From Amoeboaphelidium occidentale (Eukaryota), in NCBI GenBank assembly GCA_023515795.1, contig JALGPX010000095.1, positions 1 through 42,875 on the forward strand: 42,875 nt of DNA. Reading direction: 5' to 3'. A program made the position numbers and the translations under genes. The notes under the pieces were generated by a model. That model had not been told where the DNA came from. It searched no databases and saw only the letters and a list, made by a program, of their open reading frames with translations. Positions 10,528 to 23,234 of this stretch are shown piece after piece (the first letter of the stretch is position 1; each line of letters opens with the position of its first letter).

Positions 10528-13500
10528 TCAGTCTTTAATTAAGCTATTAATGAAGATGTTCTGAATAATTTGAGGCAATTCTGAAACATCAAGACACATG
10601 AAGGCTTTTCCTGGCATTCTTTGGACAAACGTCTTGGCTTGATCACCTAAACTCCCAATGAAGATTATGAAAGAGGCAGCTAAAGGGTTTTTGTTGAGAA
10701 TGCCCAGTAAATCGTCAGGATTTATCCCATATTGTTTGATATTGGCGTCGCTGATCATAATCACAAAATGATCATCATACTCTTCAACACCAGGGATCGG
10801 CTCACTTGATGTCACTGTATCAACACAGTGTTCCAAAGCCTTCATTGTAGAATCACCAGAAATACAATGTGCTGCATGAGCTCTCATTTTTTCCATAATT
10901 TGAAATGTTTCGTTTTCAGTCTTTGGAGGATTTCCTTCCGAAACAAATTTGACATCGTAAGAATCTCCAGAGTGGCCGGATATCATATAAGAAAACTTAT
11001 CTTCAAAGCCTCTGAAAGATTCAATAATCATTAGCGTCACATCCGTGCACCTGTCAAGCCGTCCATCATGTGCATTGTACCTAGACATGCTAGCACTAAC
11101 ATCAAATGAAAAGAAAATTCTTTTCGGGGAACGCTTCACCGAATGAAATTCAGATAAGTTGGAACGCCTCTTGTATACATTCTTTTCCCCAGTTAAGCCG
11201 TCTATGAGCCTTCTTTCATCAAAGTCTCCACTAGTTTGACGAGACACCCATACTCGCTCCTTTTTCTTCGCTTCAGTTGTCTCTAAAACATTTCTCAGCT
11301 GTTTGACGTATTTATCTATCCTATGCTTGGAATTGACGTACTTGTTATAATCTAACATATTCATCGAAATTTGTTTAAGGCGGCTATTCAAGAACGCTTC
11401 CCTGATACCTTTTGAAGATTCTGCCACATCTTGTCGAATATTAGGCGCAACGGATCTTTCTTTGAAGTGATCCTCCGACAAGTCTTCATCTTTTCTGGGA
11501 CCGTGGAATTCTCCATATTTTGCGCTAGTTCCTGATCCGCCTTCTAAAGATCCTTGTCCCTCGCCGCCAGCAGTTCCACTACCAGACCCGATTCCACTAA
11601 GATACTCCACGTTCAAAGTATTATTTTCTGCATCAATCGAACTGTTATGTTTTAATGCAGCTTGCAACATCTTCTGATTTAAAATAGGATCCAGTTCCAG
11701 CAAAAAGATCACACAGTTGATGTTATCAACAAGCGCTAACAAACCTTGCGCTGCATGTAACTTGATATAAGGATACTTGCCCAGAATATTCAGAATGTTT
11801 GTCTTGTATGATGCACCGAATTTAGTCCACCAACGCAAATCTCCACTAACTGTATTCAACGCTACTAAGATTCCATTGGGTAGGACTATTGTAGAACTAT
11901 CTATGCAACAATTCTTTTCAACTTGAAAGAGGTGCATTTCATTGCTTGTTGTCTTAAGCAGAAAGAGATCATTTTGTTTCGTGATGGCAAATCCAGGAAA
12001 TAATTTCGAACATTCTTGGCCCATATTCCCAGAAACACGGCGAATAACTTGAATTCCTATATCCAGCATGATGCAATCGTTGTCAGATAGAACAACAATT
12101 ATTGTCACTTCTCCAACATAGTGTGTATTCAAGATGGAACTTGAGCCCAAAGAGAAAACCAAAGACTTCTGCCGTGGGAAGTCTAGAACAACAACATCGT
12201 GGCCTCCAATTACATAGCAAAGTAAGATTCCATGGGACTCTGAACATGAAAAATCAACTCGATATTGTGAAGAAGCATCTCCTATGGTGTAAATGGAAAA
12301 TACCTTTCTCCATTCCTCGTAAACAAGAATTTGGTTATTCAAAAAATTAAAAACAGCCACAGCAACTTGGCCATCATTCACTTTCAAAAGAAAAATATCA
12401 AGGTTATCCGTCTTAATTCCGACGTATTCAAACAAATCAACCTCAGTTCCGACCTCATTGTCGGCCGAAAACATTATCATCGAACACGGAGCTTTGGTGA
12501 GAGCACAAAGCATAGAAGACGAAGTAGATGCACAGAAACTTTGAAAATAATTGTTGTTTTCTACAATAGAGGGCAACTTGATCGATTTTTTCAATTCTGA
12601 GAACACATTCATCCTCAAGTCTTCCGTGAAAACATAAACTCTCGATCTTTCACCTGTGGCTTTGAACGATGATTTTAAGGGAAGCCTAGATTCTTTTGGA
12701 ATAACTCGTTCAGCAGTACTCAACTTGTAGATTGTGTGCGGAGACACTCCATTAAGTCTTAAATCGTTAGAAACGAGAGAAGCTGTTTTGATGAGAATCT
12801 GTCCTTCAAAATTCTTGAGACCATGTCTTTTGAAAACGTCAAAGATAAGTTGCCTCTTTTCAGGCTCCCAAAGGTCAAAATCAAAAACGTTACCAATGCT
12901 CGTGACAACGGAATCGGTTGGAAACATTTGCATGTGGCGAAGAATATTGACTAATTCTCTTGTCGAATAAGGATAGCTAAGTTGACCTTCCTCGTGTAGT
13001 TTCCTAAGATCATCGAATACGTCAATAAGTTTCAGGATCAAATCATTATTAACATTCGGAGCATACCGTTTTACCAGTGCAAATTCGCTCTTTTTATCGG
13101 GATTGTCAATGGAATATGTTGTGAAAGCATCTCCAATTTCCTTGTAAAAATCGTTTCCTAAGAAAGGGAACCCGGGCCTGTTTGCAAGCATTATAATTCT
13201 GAATTTAGGATGAATGCGAATAATGCCGGCTTCACTCTGGCCATTTGATAGATGCTTCGTAATCTTTCTACCATCAGACAAAACCATGGTACCATCTTCA
13301 AGTAGAGTTTTGAGTATGTACGTAACCTGAACAGGTGCCTTGTCTGCCTCATCAATAACCAAAACATGCCCGAATTTACAAGCTTTTACTAGTGGAGAAT
13401 CTTCATACTGCAGAACGCCATTTTTTAAAGATGGAACTACCGTTAAAGATTGAACTGTAGTATCTCTATGGAGTTGGATGTATTGTCTAGGATAACGCAG

Positions 13501-15814
13501 CAACTGTAGGAAACGATCAGCGAGCTTGTTCTTCCCAACACCTTGGTTACCCATAAGCAAAAGATGCTCACCGAGTTTGAAATCCCGAAACATCTCTCGA
13601 AGCAAATGACTGTGTTTTCGATTATTGAAGAAAACAACATTGGGAATCAAAGCCTCATCTTGTTTGTCGACTGCATTTTGCGGAAAGGTTTCGTTCGCGA
13701 TTCTGACTATACCATCCGAAATTTCAGGCTCGTCAACATGATCAACAACACTTGGTGTCTCAATTCCAAGATTTCTAAGAACAAGCAGTAGACTTTGTTT
13801 TCCATTTTGAGGTAGAAAGTTGAGTAGAGTGGAATCTGAAATTGCGCTAAATAAATCATAGTCAGGATACGTCATATGCTTTCTGATAATCCTGATTATT
13901 TGTCGAAGACTCATAAGACCGATTATGTCAAGAAATAGCGCATCATCTTGTTCATGCAAAGTTTGTACAAACTTGAACAAAGTCTGAACAAATTCGTCAT
14001 TTTTGAATTCAGGAAATATCCCTTTAAGAATGGAAAGCTTGTCTGAAACTTCGTCAAGTACTACGCAAGGACCCAAATCAGATAAAATCTCAGCATTAGG
14101 CCAATTTTTAACCCATCTTCTTGAAGCTTGTAATCTACCAACACCAATGATTCTTAAATTGGGATGAATTGGATGAAACCCTCTTCTCTCAGGGGGATTG
14201 AGTGTCTCATAAAAACTCTTGGGAACCAACTTGGTGCCATCAGGAAGATCCAGCCGCCTAAAAGTAAGGTTAAACTCAGACGGGAAACCTTTCACTAAGT
14301 AAGCGACCAATAAACGCGATTGAGCTCACATGAACGGATTCAACTCCATCAAGTACAACAATACCACCTCTAATACATGTATCAACAAGCTGTGAATATT
14401 CCCATACTGTATCTCCAGACAAATTGGTTGATCTTCGCTGAAGCAAATCTCGACTCACCAAGTCTTTGTAAAGGGGGATTGTAGTTTTTTCTGAGCCCAA
14501 AAGCTTCGCGAAGACATCTAGCAACAAAGACTTTCCATTTCCTTTCACTCCCACAAGCAGAAAGTCTAATCCAGCTTTGTGCAGCATTAACATTTTTGAA
14601 AGTGCCTCTTCTTGTTCGAATGTTGGGACATAGTTAGAGAACGTCATTTTGGTAGCTGAAGCCTTAAATTCGGTTGGTACAATATCAACAGGTTTAAGTG
14701 TCACTTTTCCTTCTTCAATAGAGTAGCTATGGGAAAATGATAAACCAGAAACCATACCAAGCTGTTGGTATAATGCACGCAAAGCTTCCTTATGTTCCTC
14801 TCGAAAATTATTCAAGGAACCATAAGGATAACACATCTCGACGAGTTCAATAAGCCTTAATTCTGGGAATAATTTCAATAGAGAAGATACTTTAACGATG
14901 TCAACAGAAAAATCACTAGGAAGAACGCTTTTGTCTTCAGCTATTAAACCATGAACAGAACCAGAAAATTTAAGTAAAGCTTCCGCCTTTTCCCGTAAGT
15001 TCTCTTCATTTTCAAGGTCCATTATTCGCCCTATAGTTGAATATGCGGAATCATAAGAAGGATAGCCAATTGTCCTGCATTGAAACCTACTTCTAAACGG
15101 AGGATCCAATGGAAAACCATTATACGGAGGGACAGGTAGGCCTAAAGCAACAACCCAGAAATTCTCTGAGGCCCTAATCAGGCCTGCAGTAATTTGATGT
15201 TTCGCCTCTTTAGCTAAGCCATCATAAACGCGCGAGCTAATGATCATTCTACCATCTTCCAGTGACATTTCCCTGTTCTCCAGCAGATTATTGAGAATAG
15301 GCAACACATTTCGCTCGGCATTCTGTATGTTATCAAGTATCAGCATGCGACCGTAAATTGCAGCGCGGACTGCAGGCTGTTCCATGTATACCGCAGAACC
15401 ACTGATTATCTCTCTTCTTAATTTCAAGTCACTCTCAGACGTATCCGGTGTAATGCAAACATATTCCACCTCATATCGCAATAACTCTGCCAGTTTCAAA
15501 ACCAACAAGCGTTTATACTCAGAAGGCGGTCCTAATAGAAAAACGTCTTGTTTCAGCGCATACTTCTGCAAGAGCCACTTTAAATGTGCAACTGTCTCAT
15601 CCGTAGAATACATCAATTGAACATTGCGAGGTACCAAGGGCGAATTATTTGTGGCTGAGACTGTAGTGACGGAAACTGAGCCAATTCTAATTGAGCTGTA
15701 ATTAGACGAAGGCGGTGCTTCAATACTTTTAAAACCATCCAAATGAGTCTTCTTACTTTCCGCTGGTGGCGAAATAATGTGTTTCCGCAGAAGGTCGAGT
15801 CTTGATTTTGTCAT
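10528..15814 (-). CDS. VWA8: VWA8-like AAA+ ATPase (multiple AAA modules plus C-terminal vWA domain); intron 14258-14288
   Basis: QDVFLLGPP, AERNVLPILNNLLENREM, GNQGVGKNKL, QLHRDTTVQSL, YPYSTRELVNI and MIDAS-like DVSASM. A 31-nt intron joins the two long ORFs (LSER|RLDLPDG). Confidence 0.93.
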
Positions 15815-15822
15815 TCTGCGAA

Positions 15823-16267
15823 ATGATGTTGAGAACCAATTTCAAGATATTCCTTATAGCAGCGATATTTATCCTTCTGCCTGGAGTGCATTCAAGCAAT
15901 TTAATGATACTCGAAAGATCAACGCTGGGTAGTAATTGTAATGTCACTGTGGAATGCTCAAAGTGCGATTCGCTGGAAATGGTTGGCTTGATTAATAGTT
16001 TCTACTGATTATTCGTAGAATATCGAACCCTGCTCTGAGACGGGATGGAAAATACAAAAGACTTGCGTGGGGGAGGGAGGCAATTCGACTTTTATCGTTG
16101 AGGAATGGTGTGCTGTTCCGGAAAGTTACGAAACGTCCAACTTTGTTTGGTTCCTTGTTACAAATCTGTTATGCGCCATGCTTTTTGGTTACAACGTGCA
16201 CAGGCGGATAAGAATGCATCAGATGGCTTCATATGAACGAATAAGTAGCAGGCTAACAAGAAATTAA
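15823..16267 (+). CDS. JTB: JTB (jumping translocation breakpoint)-like small type I membrane protein; intron 15982-16018
   Basis: Signal peptide, Cys-rich ectodomain (ECSKCDSLEM|NIEPCSETGWKIQKTC...WC), TM helix and basic tail (RRIR...YERISSRL). Confidence 0.7.
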
Positions 16268-16282
16268 ATGTATATTTTTGTT

Positions 16283-17950
16283 TCAGTTTTTAAAGGAGTC
16301 TGTGAGGAACCATTCCATTGCAAAGGCAGGTGATATCAACTTGCAGAAGTGACATCCCTTAGCTATAATCAGCCTCGTACTTGTCATCAAAGTAGGAGAT
16401 CTGAGCTCACAACCAGAATCTGTTTTGATCACTCGCAAAGGCTCAAAGAATATCCAGCGAAACCCATTGATCATTGGGCCAATGTCTTTTCCTGTGTAAA
16501 GAATGGTACCCTTCTTGATGTATCTGTCAAGAGCACGTTTTGGAGATACCATAAATTCAGAATAATTAGATATTTGTATGTCATCAGAGTGCTGTTGCAA
16601 TAATCTTAAAGAATAACGAATTGCCATATTGTTGATTTTTCCGCACCAAGAATCTCCAACACCACCATCAGGAGAAGCATCTGTATTGTAATATGTGATG
16701 CCTTTCAAACCAGCCGCAATGTATGTCTTTTCTCTTGAAGATATTTTTGCTTTTATCTGCGTAGCTGAGATTTGTGGCGTGACGGTTTCAGTCGAGTCTT
16801 TATCAACTTTTCGTGTGTATTCTGATGGATTATAAATATTCTCTGAGAAACTCCTGAGCGTCAATCTTCTTTCTGTAGAGTCAAAAGAAACAGATGGGAA
16901 ATGCCCATTCTCAATATACGATAAATGCATCTCATTGCGTGACTCGATATCAACTGTGACATTTGTTCCATTTAAAACAGTATTCTGATACAAAGCAGGC
17001 CCAGAGTTAATATAAATAGCCGGGCCGTCTTTCCACATAGAGAACTCTTGGCCTGTTCTTTTCACAATGTCCTCAACGATGGAGTCAGAATCGTTCTTGA
17101 AAGTACCAGAAATAAACAACTGTGCATACTCCATCCATTTGGAAGCAAGAAAGCATTTCGTCTGATCAACAGTTGTCGGATAAGAATCAGAAAAGTCTGC
17201 ACACGGCGGTCTCAAGCCTGGATGAGATTCAACAAACAGAACTTGAAGGATCTTATCAACGTAAACTTTCGTGGCTTTCTTGAATCTATCAAAATCTTCT
17301 AAACTGTCTTCGCCTTCATCTAATAGCGAATGCTTTCTCAAAAACATATTTACCAAACTAGAAATCATCTGATGGCCCTTCTGCTCTTCATGCTCAGGGT
17401 TAAAATCATGCACCGTAATAATCTGAGGATGCGGAGAAGCTGCAAAACTTCTATGCGACATTCCGTTCAACAGAACAAAGTCGTGCTTGTTGTTTAAATG
17501 CCTAACGGAGAACTCATCCAAAGCGAAACCAAACACACGATACAAACCATCCAAATCTCCTCCAATATTCAAAACAGGAACGTCTGAGCCAAATTCTTCA
17601 GGTAAAACCAACGAATATCCAAGAACTATTACAGCAGCAATTCGAGATTTCGCTGACTTCAAATGCTGCCTTATTTTCAATGCAGCCTTCTTGCCATGCG
17701 CCACCAGCACTAGCCTTTTGCCAACCATTTGATCGCTTAGCCCTTCATTCATAACCAACTGGCGCATCTCAGAAGGCTCCTGTACGCGTGAAACAAGCGC
17801 TGCATTAACGTCAACGTAAGCGTATTGCGAGCGATCGTATTCCGGATAAGACGAGCACACGATGAAATGCAAAGGCACGGATGATATAGTCTTGCAGAAA
17901 ATGTATGAAAACAGTAAAGCAGACAACAGAGCGGAATTTATAAGTTTCAT
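16283..17950 (-). CDS. secreted alpha/beta-hydrolase-like protein of unknown function (paralog of 39730-41559); nucleophile Ser apparently lost
   Basis: Signal peptide; LVAHGKKA, IGGDLDGLYR, NGMSHRSFA and C-terminal HFCKLISPAFAMEW. Confidence 0.75.
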   Translation of the reverse strand: MKLINSALLSALLFSYIFCKTISSVPLHFIVCSSYPEYDRSQYAYVDVNAALVSRVQEPSEMRQLVMNEGLSDQMVGKRLVLVAHGKKAALKIRQHLKSAKSRIAAVIVLGYSLVLPEEFGSDVPVLNIGGDLDGLYRVFGFALDEFSVRHLNNKHDFVLLNGMSHRSFAASPHPQIITVHDFNPEHEEQKGHQMISSLVNMFLRKHSLLDEGEDSLEDFDRFKKATKVYVDKILQVLFVESHPGLRPPCADFSDSYPTTVDQTKCFLASKWMEYAQLFISGTFKNDSDSIVEDIVKRTGQEFSMWKDGPAIYINSGPALYQNTVLNGTNVTVDIESRNEMHLSYIENGHFPSVSFDSTERRLTLRSFSENIYNPSEYTRKVDKDSTETVTPQISATQIKAKISSREKTYIAAGLKGITYYNTDASPDGGVGDSWCGKINNMAIRYSLRLLQQHSDDIQISNYSEFMVSPKRALDRYIKKGTILYTGKDIGPMINGFRWIFFEPLRVIKTDSGCELRSPTLMTSTRLIIAKGCHFCKLISPAFAMEWFLTDSFKN

Positions 17951-18354
17951 TTGACAAGTAAAACAAAATTACAAGAGAATTACATCATCGTAATTTTAAC
18001 GATTGCGGGGCAAAAGATCGCACTGTTAAGACTCCACTTCTGTTGATCTTTAGATACTTTGAGGGCCTATAGCTCGTTTGTATGATGCCGAGTGTGACAT
18101 GCTCCACACTAGTCTTAAGTAAGCTTACATTGCGAGCGACAAAACGCACCGAAAGCATTCTTAACCGATAAGATCACCGAATGCGTCTATTGCCTTGCTA
18201 CTAAACCAAGTGCCTGAGAATGTACCACTGTAACATCCACCCACTTAAAAAATCGCGCGTCTTAAGAGTTTCAAACTTCCGTCTTAACCGTTCAAAGTCT
18301 CGAGGCAACCGAAGTAGCTGCCGATCAAAAAAATTTTTCTTTCAAAATTCGAAG

Positions 18355-19270
18355 ATGGTACGTTAATTGAACTGAAAACGCGGGCACAATTGGAGGAATG
18401 TCGTTAATTGGGAAAGGCCCCTGTCAGGCACGCCTCCAAATATGCCTTTGATCATAAGCTGAACAGTCACTAACTATTTCTTAGGCTCGTGGTCCAAAGA
18501 AGCACTTGAAGCGTTTGAATACTCCAAATCATTGGATGTTGGACAAAATGACCGGAACATGGGCGCCACGTCCATCTCCTGGTCCACACAAATTACGTGA
18601 ATGTTTGCCTATCATCATCTTTTTGCGTAATCGCTTGAAGTACGCTTTGACAAGAAAGGAAGTCATGTCTATTATGATGCAGCGTTTGGTCAAGGTTGAT
18701 GGCAAAGTGCGCACTGATATTACTTACCCTTCTGGTTTTATGGATGTCATCTCCATCGACAAGACTGGCGAGCACTTCCGTTTAATCTACGATGTCAAGG
18801 GTCGTTTCACTGTACACCGTATCACCGCTGAGGAAGCTCAGTACAAGTTGTGCAAGGTCAAGAAGGTTTTGATCGGAAACAAGGGTGTTCCATACGCCGT
18901 CACTCACGATGGTCGTACTTTGCGTTATCCTGATCCTTTGATCAAGGCTAACGACACTGTAAAGTTGGACTTGACCACTGGAAAGATCTCTGAGTTTGTT
19001 AAGTTCGACACTGGTAATGTTTGCTACATCACTGGTGGTCGCAACATGGGTCGTATCGGTGTTATTACTCACCGTGAACGTCACCACGGAGGTTTCGACA
19101 TTATCCACGTTAAAGATGCTTTGGGTCACGACTTTGCAACCAGATTAACCAACGTCTTTGTTATTGGAGAAGGAAACAAGCCATGGATCTCTCTTCCAAA
19201 GCAAAAGGGTTTGAAATTGAGTATTGCAGAAGAAAGAGATAGAAGAATTGCTGCTGCAACCAAAAATTGA
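18355..19270 (+). CDS. RPS4: 40S ribosomal protein eS4; 127-nt intron 18358-18484 after the ATG
   Basis: [22 protein letters not shown]...; canonical eS4 sequence throughout. Confidence 0.98.
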
Positions 19271-19323
19271 AAACAGTAACTAATAAATAGCAGAAAAGTC
19301 GACATTTAATTATTTTATCTTGA

Positions 19324-21943
19324 TTACAGACTCTCGTGCAAGACATTGCTGCACATTTGAGCAACTTGCGCCATGGGTTGTCTCTTGTAGGGCGAAGGAT
19401 TCCAGCATCGTTCCATGGTAGACATGATGGCATCAAGATAGGGATCTGCTTCTCTTCTGTCTGCCAATGCTCGGGGGAGTTGAGGTCTTTCGCCTCTGAT
19501 TACTCTGTTCTTGATATCCTCTAAGTCATTAACATCCCACCAAGGTATTCTTCTGTAAATAAGTTCAAAAACAATCATAGCGAATGCGTAAATATCAGGA
19601 CCACAAGCTTCCTCCTTCTGTACTTGATCTCCTTTGTTGATTTGAGCTTTTTTAAGTACTTCAGGTGCAGCATAAACTAGAGACGCTCCTTTCACTCGAG
19701 ATCTTTCATATGCTTTGACTCTTAACAGGTTGGTATTGTATATTTCTGTTACACCAAAGTCACATAAAACAGCAATTAATTGACCACTTGCATCATCTCT
19801 GTCCATCAAGATATTTCCAGGCTAAAATAATTAGAATTTTTAAATTATGTCGTACCTTGACATCGTTGTGAGTTAGACCGATTTCGTGCATATAAGCTAG
19901 AGCAGAAGAAATATCACCCATCATTCTGATAACAAACTTTGGTGTCCATTGATTCTCCGAAACCAGTGCTTCAGCATGTTTCCTATTATGAATAAGATGC
20001 TCCAAAGAACCAAGTTTGTAGTATTTCATTATAATTATTGGAGGCTCTGGACAATAGCCCCGGAGCTGTATGATGTTTTTGCTCTCATGCAGCAACCACA
20101 TTACTGCGACCTCTTGTTGGAATAAGTTTCTCATGTCATCCTCAGAAGCTTCATCAAATTTCTTCATAATTTTTACTACAATTCCAGAATCTCCTCCACT
20201 CCTTTGTAGTGCTTGTTGGTTTGTTAGCTGGCCCTTGTATATGACGCCGGCTCCTCCTTCTCCAATCTCCTCATCAAAAACGAAATCCAAATCTTTCATC
20301 AACATCAAGAATCCAGGAAGAGCCAAAGCTAAAAAAGATCAGTCATGAATTCTTCAGAAACTGTACATTTTCCTTGTGTCAACAATGTTCCCATGTTTGT
20401 TGTGAAGATATTTTTAGTTTCCTCTGGTTGAGCCGTTCGTATTGTTGAAGGTTCTTGGCCAGCAATGATATGGGACACAAAATAATTCTCAGCCGAGGCC
20501 CTGGCTTTACGGTTCCTTCTTCTGGATATTGTATAGTAACATGCAGTCCCAATTGCAACGATTGCTAAAACCAGTACTCCAAGAAGCGCTCCAATTACAG
20601 ACGCAGGTTGTTCGTTGATGAACTCCTGTAATGTTCGCCTAGGAGTATCTACTGCCGCCTCGACTACTGTCGGCTTAGGTCTCAAGCTTGTTGATGTAAC
20701 TCTCCTCGTTCTTGTAGTAATATTTACATAATCCAGGTAAGAAGATAAATCTAGAGCTCCCTTCAAAAGTTTCTTGTTTGGTATCAAATCGCTACCATTG
20801 AATAATCTTCCACCAAAAATTATGGCTGATGACTCTTGCTGTATTCCAAAAGAATTCGAAAAGCCCTGCAAACCAGCATTGCTAAGAGAGAATACTCTGC
20901 TTCTCTCTGTATCAATCAAGTAATCGTTGTCATACGTTGTTGTAAAGTATTGCTCAAGGCCACCTCCAAAAAGCAAAACGTGACCCCTGTAACTCATCAA
21001 AGTTGGGCCTTCTAGCTTCGGGACGTTTTCAAAGTACAGTGCCTCCATGCTCTCAGAATCGTCAATTTCGCTGATTCCTCTTGCTCGTATCACATCTGAT
21101 ACATCGTAACCAACATGCCCAACGTCACTTGAAGTGAACAAGCCATAAATGAATAGAAGATTTTGTTCAGTTATAACCATTTTCAGCAAGTCAGCTGCTC
21201 TGTAAGACGGTTCTGTATTCAAAAGAGCCCAGTCAACTGTATAATCGACCTCGTAATGGCCCGCGTCAACTCTGAAAGTCAGAAATTATAAAGTCAATTA
21301 GAAACTTACACATATAAACTAGTTTCTTGTTGGTATCTAACGAAGATCTTATTTCCTTTCACGACCGCAGCATCCACATCGCCACTATGTACTCCCCCAT
21401 GATTCTCCGAGACTACGAGCCAAGAGAGGTCAAACATATTGAACGAAAAAATTCTCTTGTTCAATGTTCCAGAAGAACAAGTGTAACCACCAAGTAGAAA
21501 CAAGTAAGAATTCATCAGAGTAACGTGCGACATCTTGAAATCTCTTATCGTCTCAGGTACTCTAGCTATATCCATTACAGCTGATATATTATTCCATGCC
21601 CACAAAGAAGTCTCACTTCCGCTCGTCAATGACGGCACCTCCATTATAAAGGCGTCCAGCATACAACTTGGGTCGGTCGCATTATGATCATATCGACTTC
21701 CTATCGAGAAGATCATGCTAGCATCTAACCTCATTCCAGGGTATAAGGTTCTTCTAAGTGATCCAGCTGGTATCTCAACAATCCTCGCTTGTTGTAAGAA
21801 CTGCGTTGTAGAATCATCAAACTCTTTGGCGACCATCCATTGCACATCTTAAGCGTCAAGCAGTACAAATCTGATAAGTTACTTGTACAAGTCGTCATAC
21901 ATATGAGGAGCGCTAGTATCGGTATCAAACCTGTTTTCGGCAT
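19324..21943 (-). CDS. single-pass receptor-like TKL-group kinase with kelch-like ectodomain; introns 21848-21882, 21272-21309, 20329-20366, 19822-19855
   Basis: Signal peptide MPKTGLIPILALLIC; kelch-like LFLLGG, LLFGG and IIFGG motifs; TM VIGALLGVLVLAIVAIG followed by RRR; kinase motifs GEGGAG, VVK, HNDVK|PGNIL, CDFG and YAAPE. Confidence 0.88.
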
Positions 21944-22021
21944 ACAAAAACAGTGAGCTATTTTTAGAAATCCTGTTCAAGACTCGAAGTTTGATGATAC
22001 GACTGGCTGGTTCCAAATGCT

Positions 22022-23037
22022 TTATTCGTCATTAGAGTGGTCATTGCCCTTTAAATGCCTATTCAAGGCGTCCATTCTCGAGAACCTCTTACGACAACCT
22101 TTGTGAGTACATACAAATGGTTTATCGCCAGTATGAATGCGGTAATGCCTCTTCAAATCATGACTTCTACCAAAGCGAGCACCGCAACCTTCAACATCGC
22201 ACGCATATGGTTTTTCACCCTACAGAAATCATTAATGAGAATCTTCATGATATAAATTACTGTGTGAGTTCTTTGGTGACTTTTAAGGTTGTAGAATCTT
22301 GCAAAGGACTTGTTGCATCCAGGATAATGACACGTGAATAGATTCTCGTTGTCAGAAGTGAGCAACGAAGGAGACGTGTCACAAAGTGTTTTCCTTCTGC
22401 GCCTTGAATAATTTGAAGTGGTTGGAGAAACAACAGCTGACTTGCCATCACTTGAAGACACGGCAGGGGAATTCTCCGATATCGTTTCCAGCCCAAACAC
22501 CAACTCGTTAGTATTGCTATTCTCGTTCTTGAAACCCTTTTGTGGCACGTAAGCTACCGTGGCAGCTCTTTTACGACCTCTTAATCCTTTCGACCTTAAG
22601 CTTAACCCAGACTTGCTTTCGAGCAATAGAGGTGTCTCTACATACGAAGATGGAACAGAGATGCAGCCCAAGTCCAACGACTCTTGAAAACAACTTAAAG
22701 CACCGCTTGCAGAGTTGATATCAAAGAACAAATCGCATTCCGGAGAAGGCACGCCAACAATTGATAAATGTTCCATTGTGTTTTCGATAAAGCAGTCTTG
22801 CCCGGAATCTAGAACATCAAAACACTCAGCTGGACTCGAGATGAGAGTGAGGAGTGTGGTATCAGATTCCAAGCTTTCGTTGCTTGATTTCGCTGGAGAA
22901 GGTTGATCCAAGCAAGACTCTGCCAACAGCATTTCCGATACAAAGGAGCTCTGGTCAACAGAGATACAGTTCGTAGAAGGAAGCACAGAGGACGAAATGT
23001 AGTTAAACACGTCCAAATTCTGTTCACCGACGACCAT
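22022..23037 (-). CDS. C2H2 zinc-finger transcription factor (3 fingers, KLF/EGR/Crz1-like); intron 22220-22260
   Basis: Spliced [38 protein letters not shown]...[31 protein letters not shown]. Confidence 0.9.
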
Positions 23038-23234
23038 TGCAGCGTGTCAGTGATCGACGACTGAACAAAAGCGTTTCACCGACGATCATGCACGCTTACG
23101 GGAGCCATTCTGAGCTTACTTTGATGGATAAATGGACTTATAATTATTCGGTCGAAGGCTGACCGCAATTCAACAGCTAGATTCTATTTATATCCGTGTC
23201 AAGATTGTTTGAACTTTCAAATCTTTGACATAAT

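Noticed and set aside
14242..14310. Programmed frameshift between the two VWA8 ORFs (similar breaks in ALAS, kinase, MO25)
   Set aside because: Short GT-AG introns restore frame and conserved motifs in each case.
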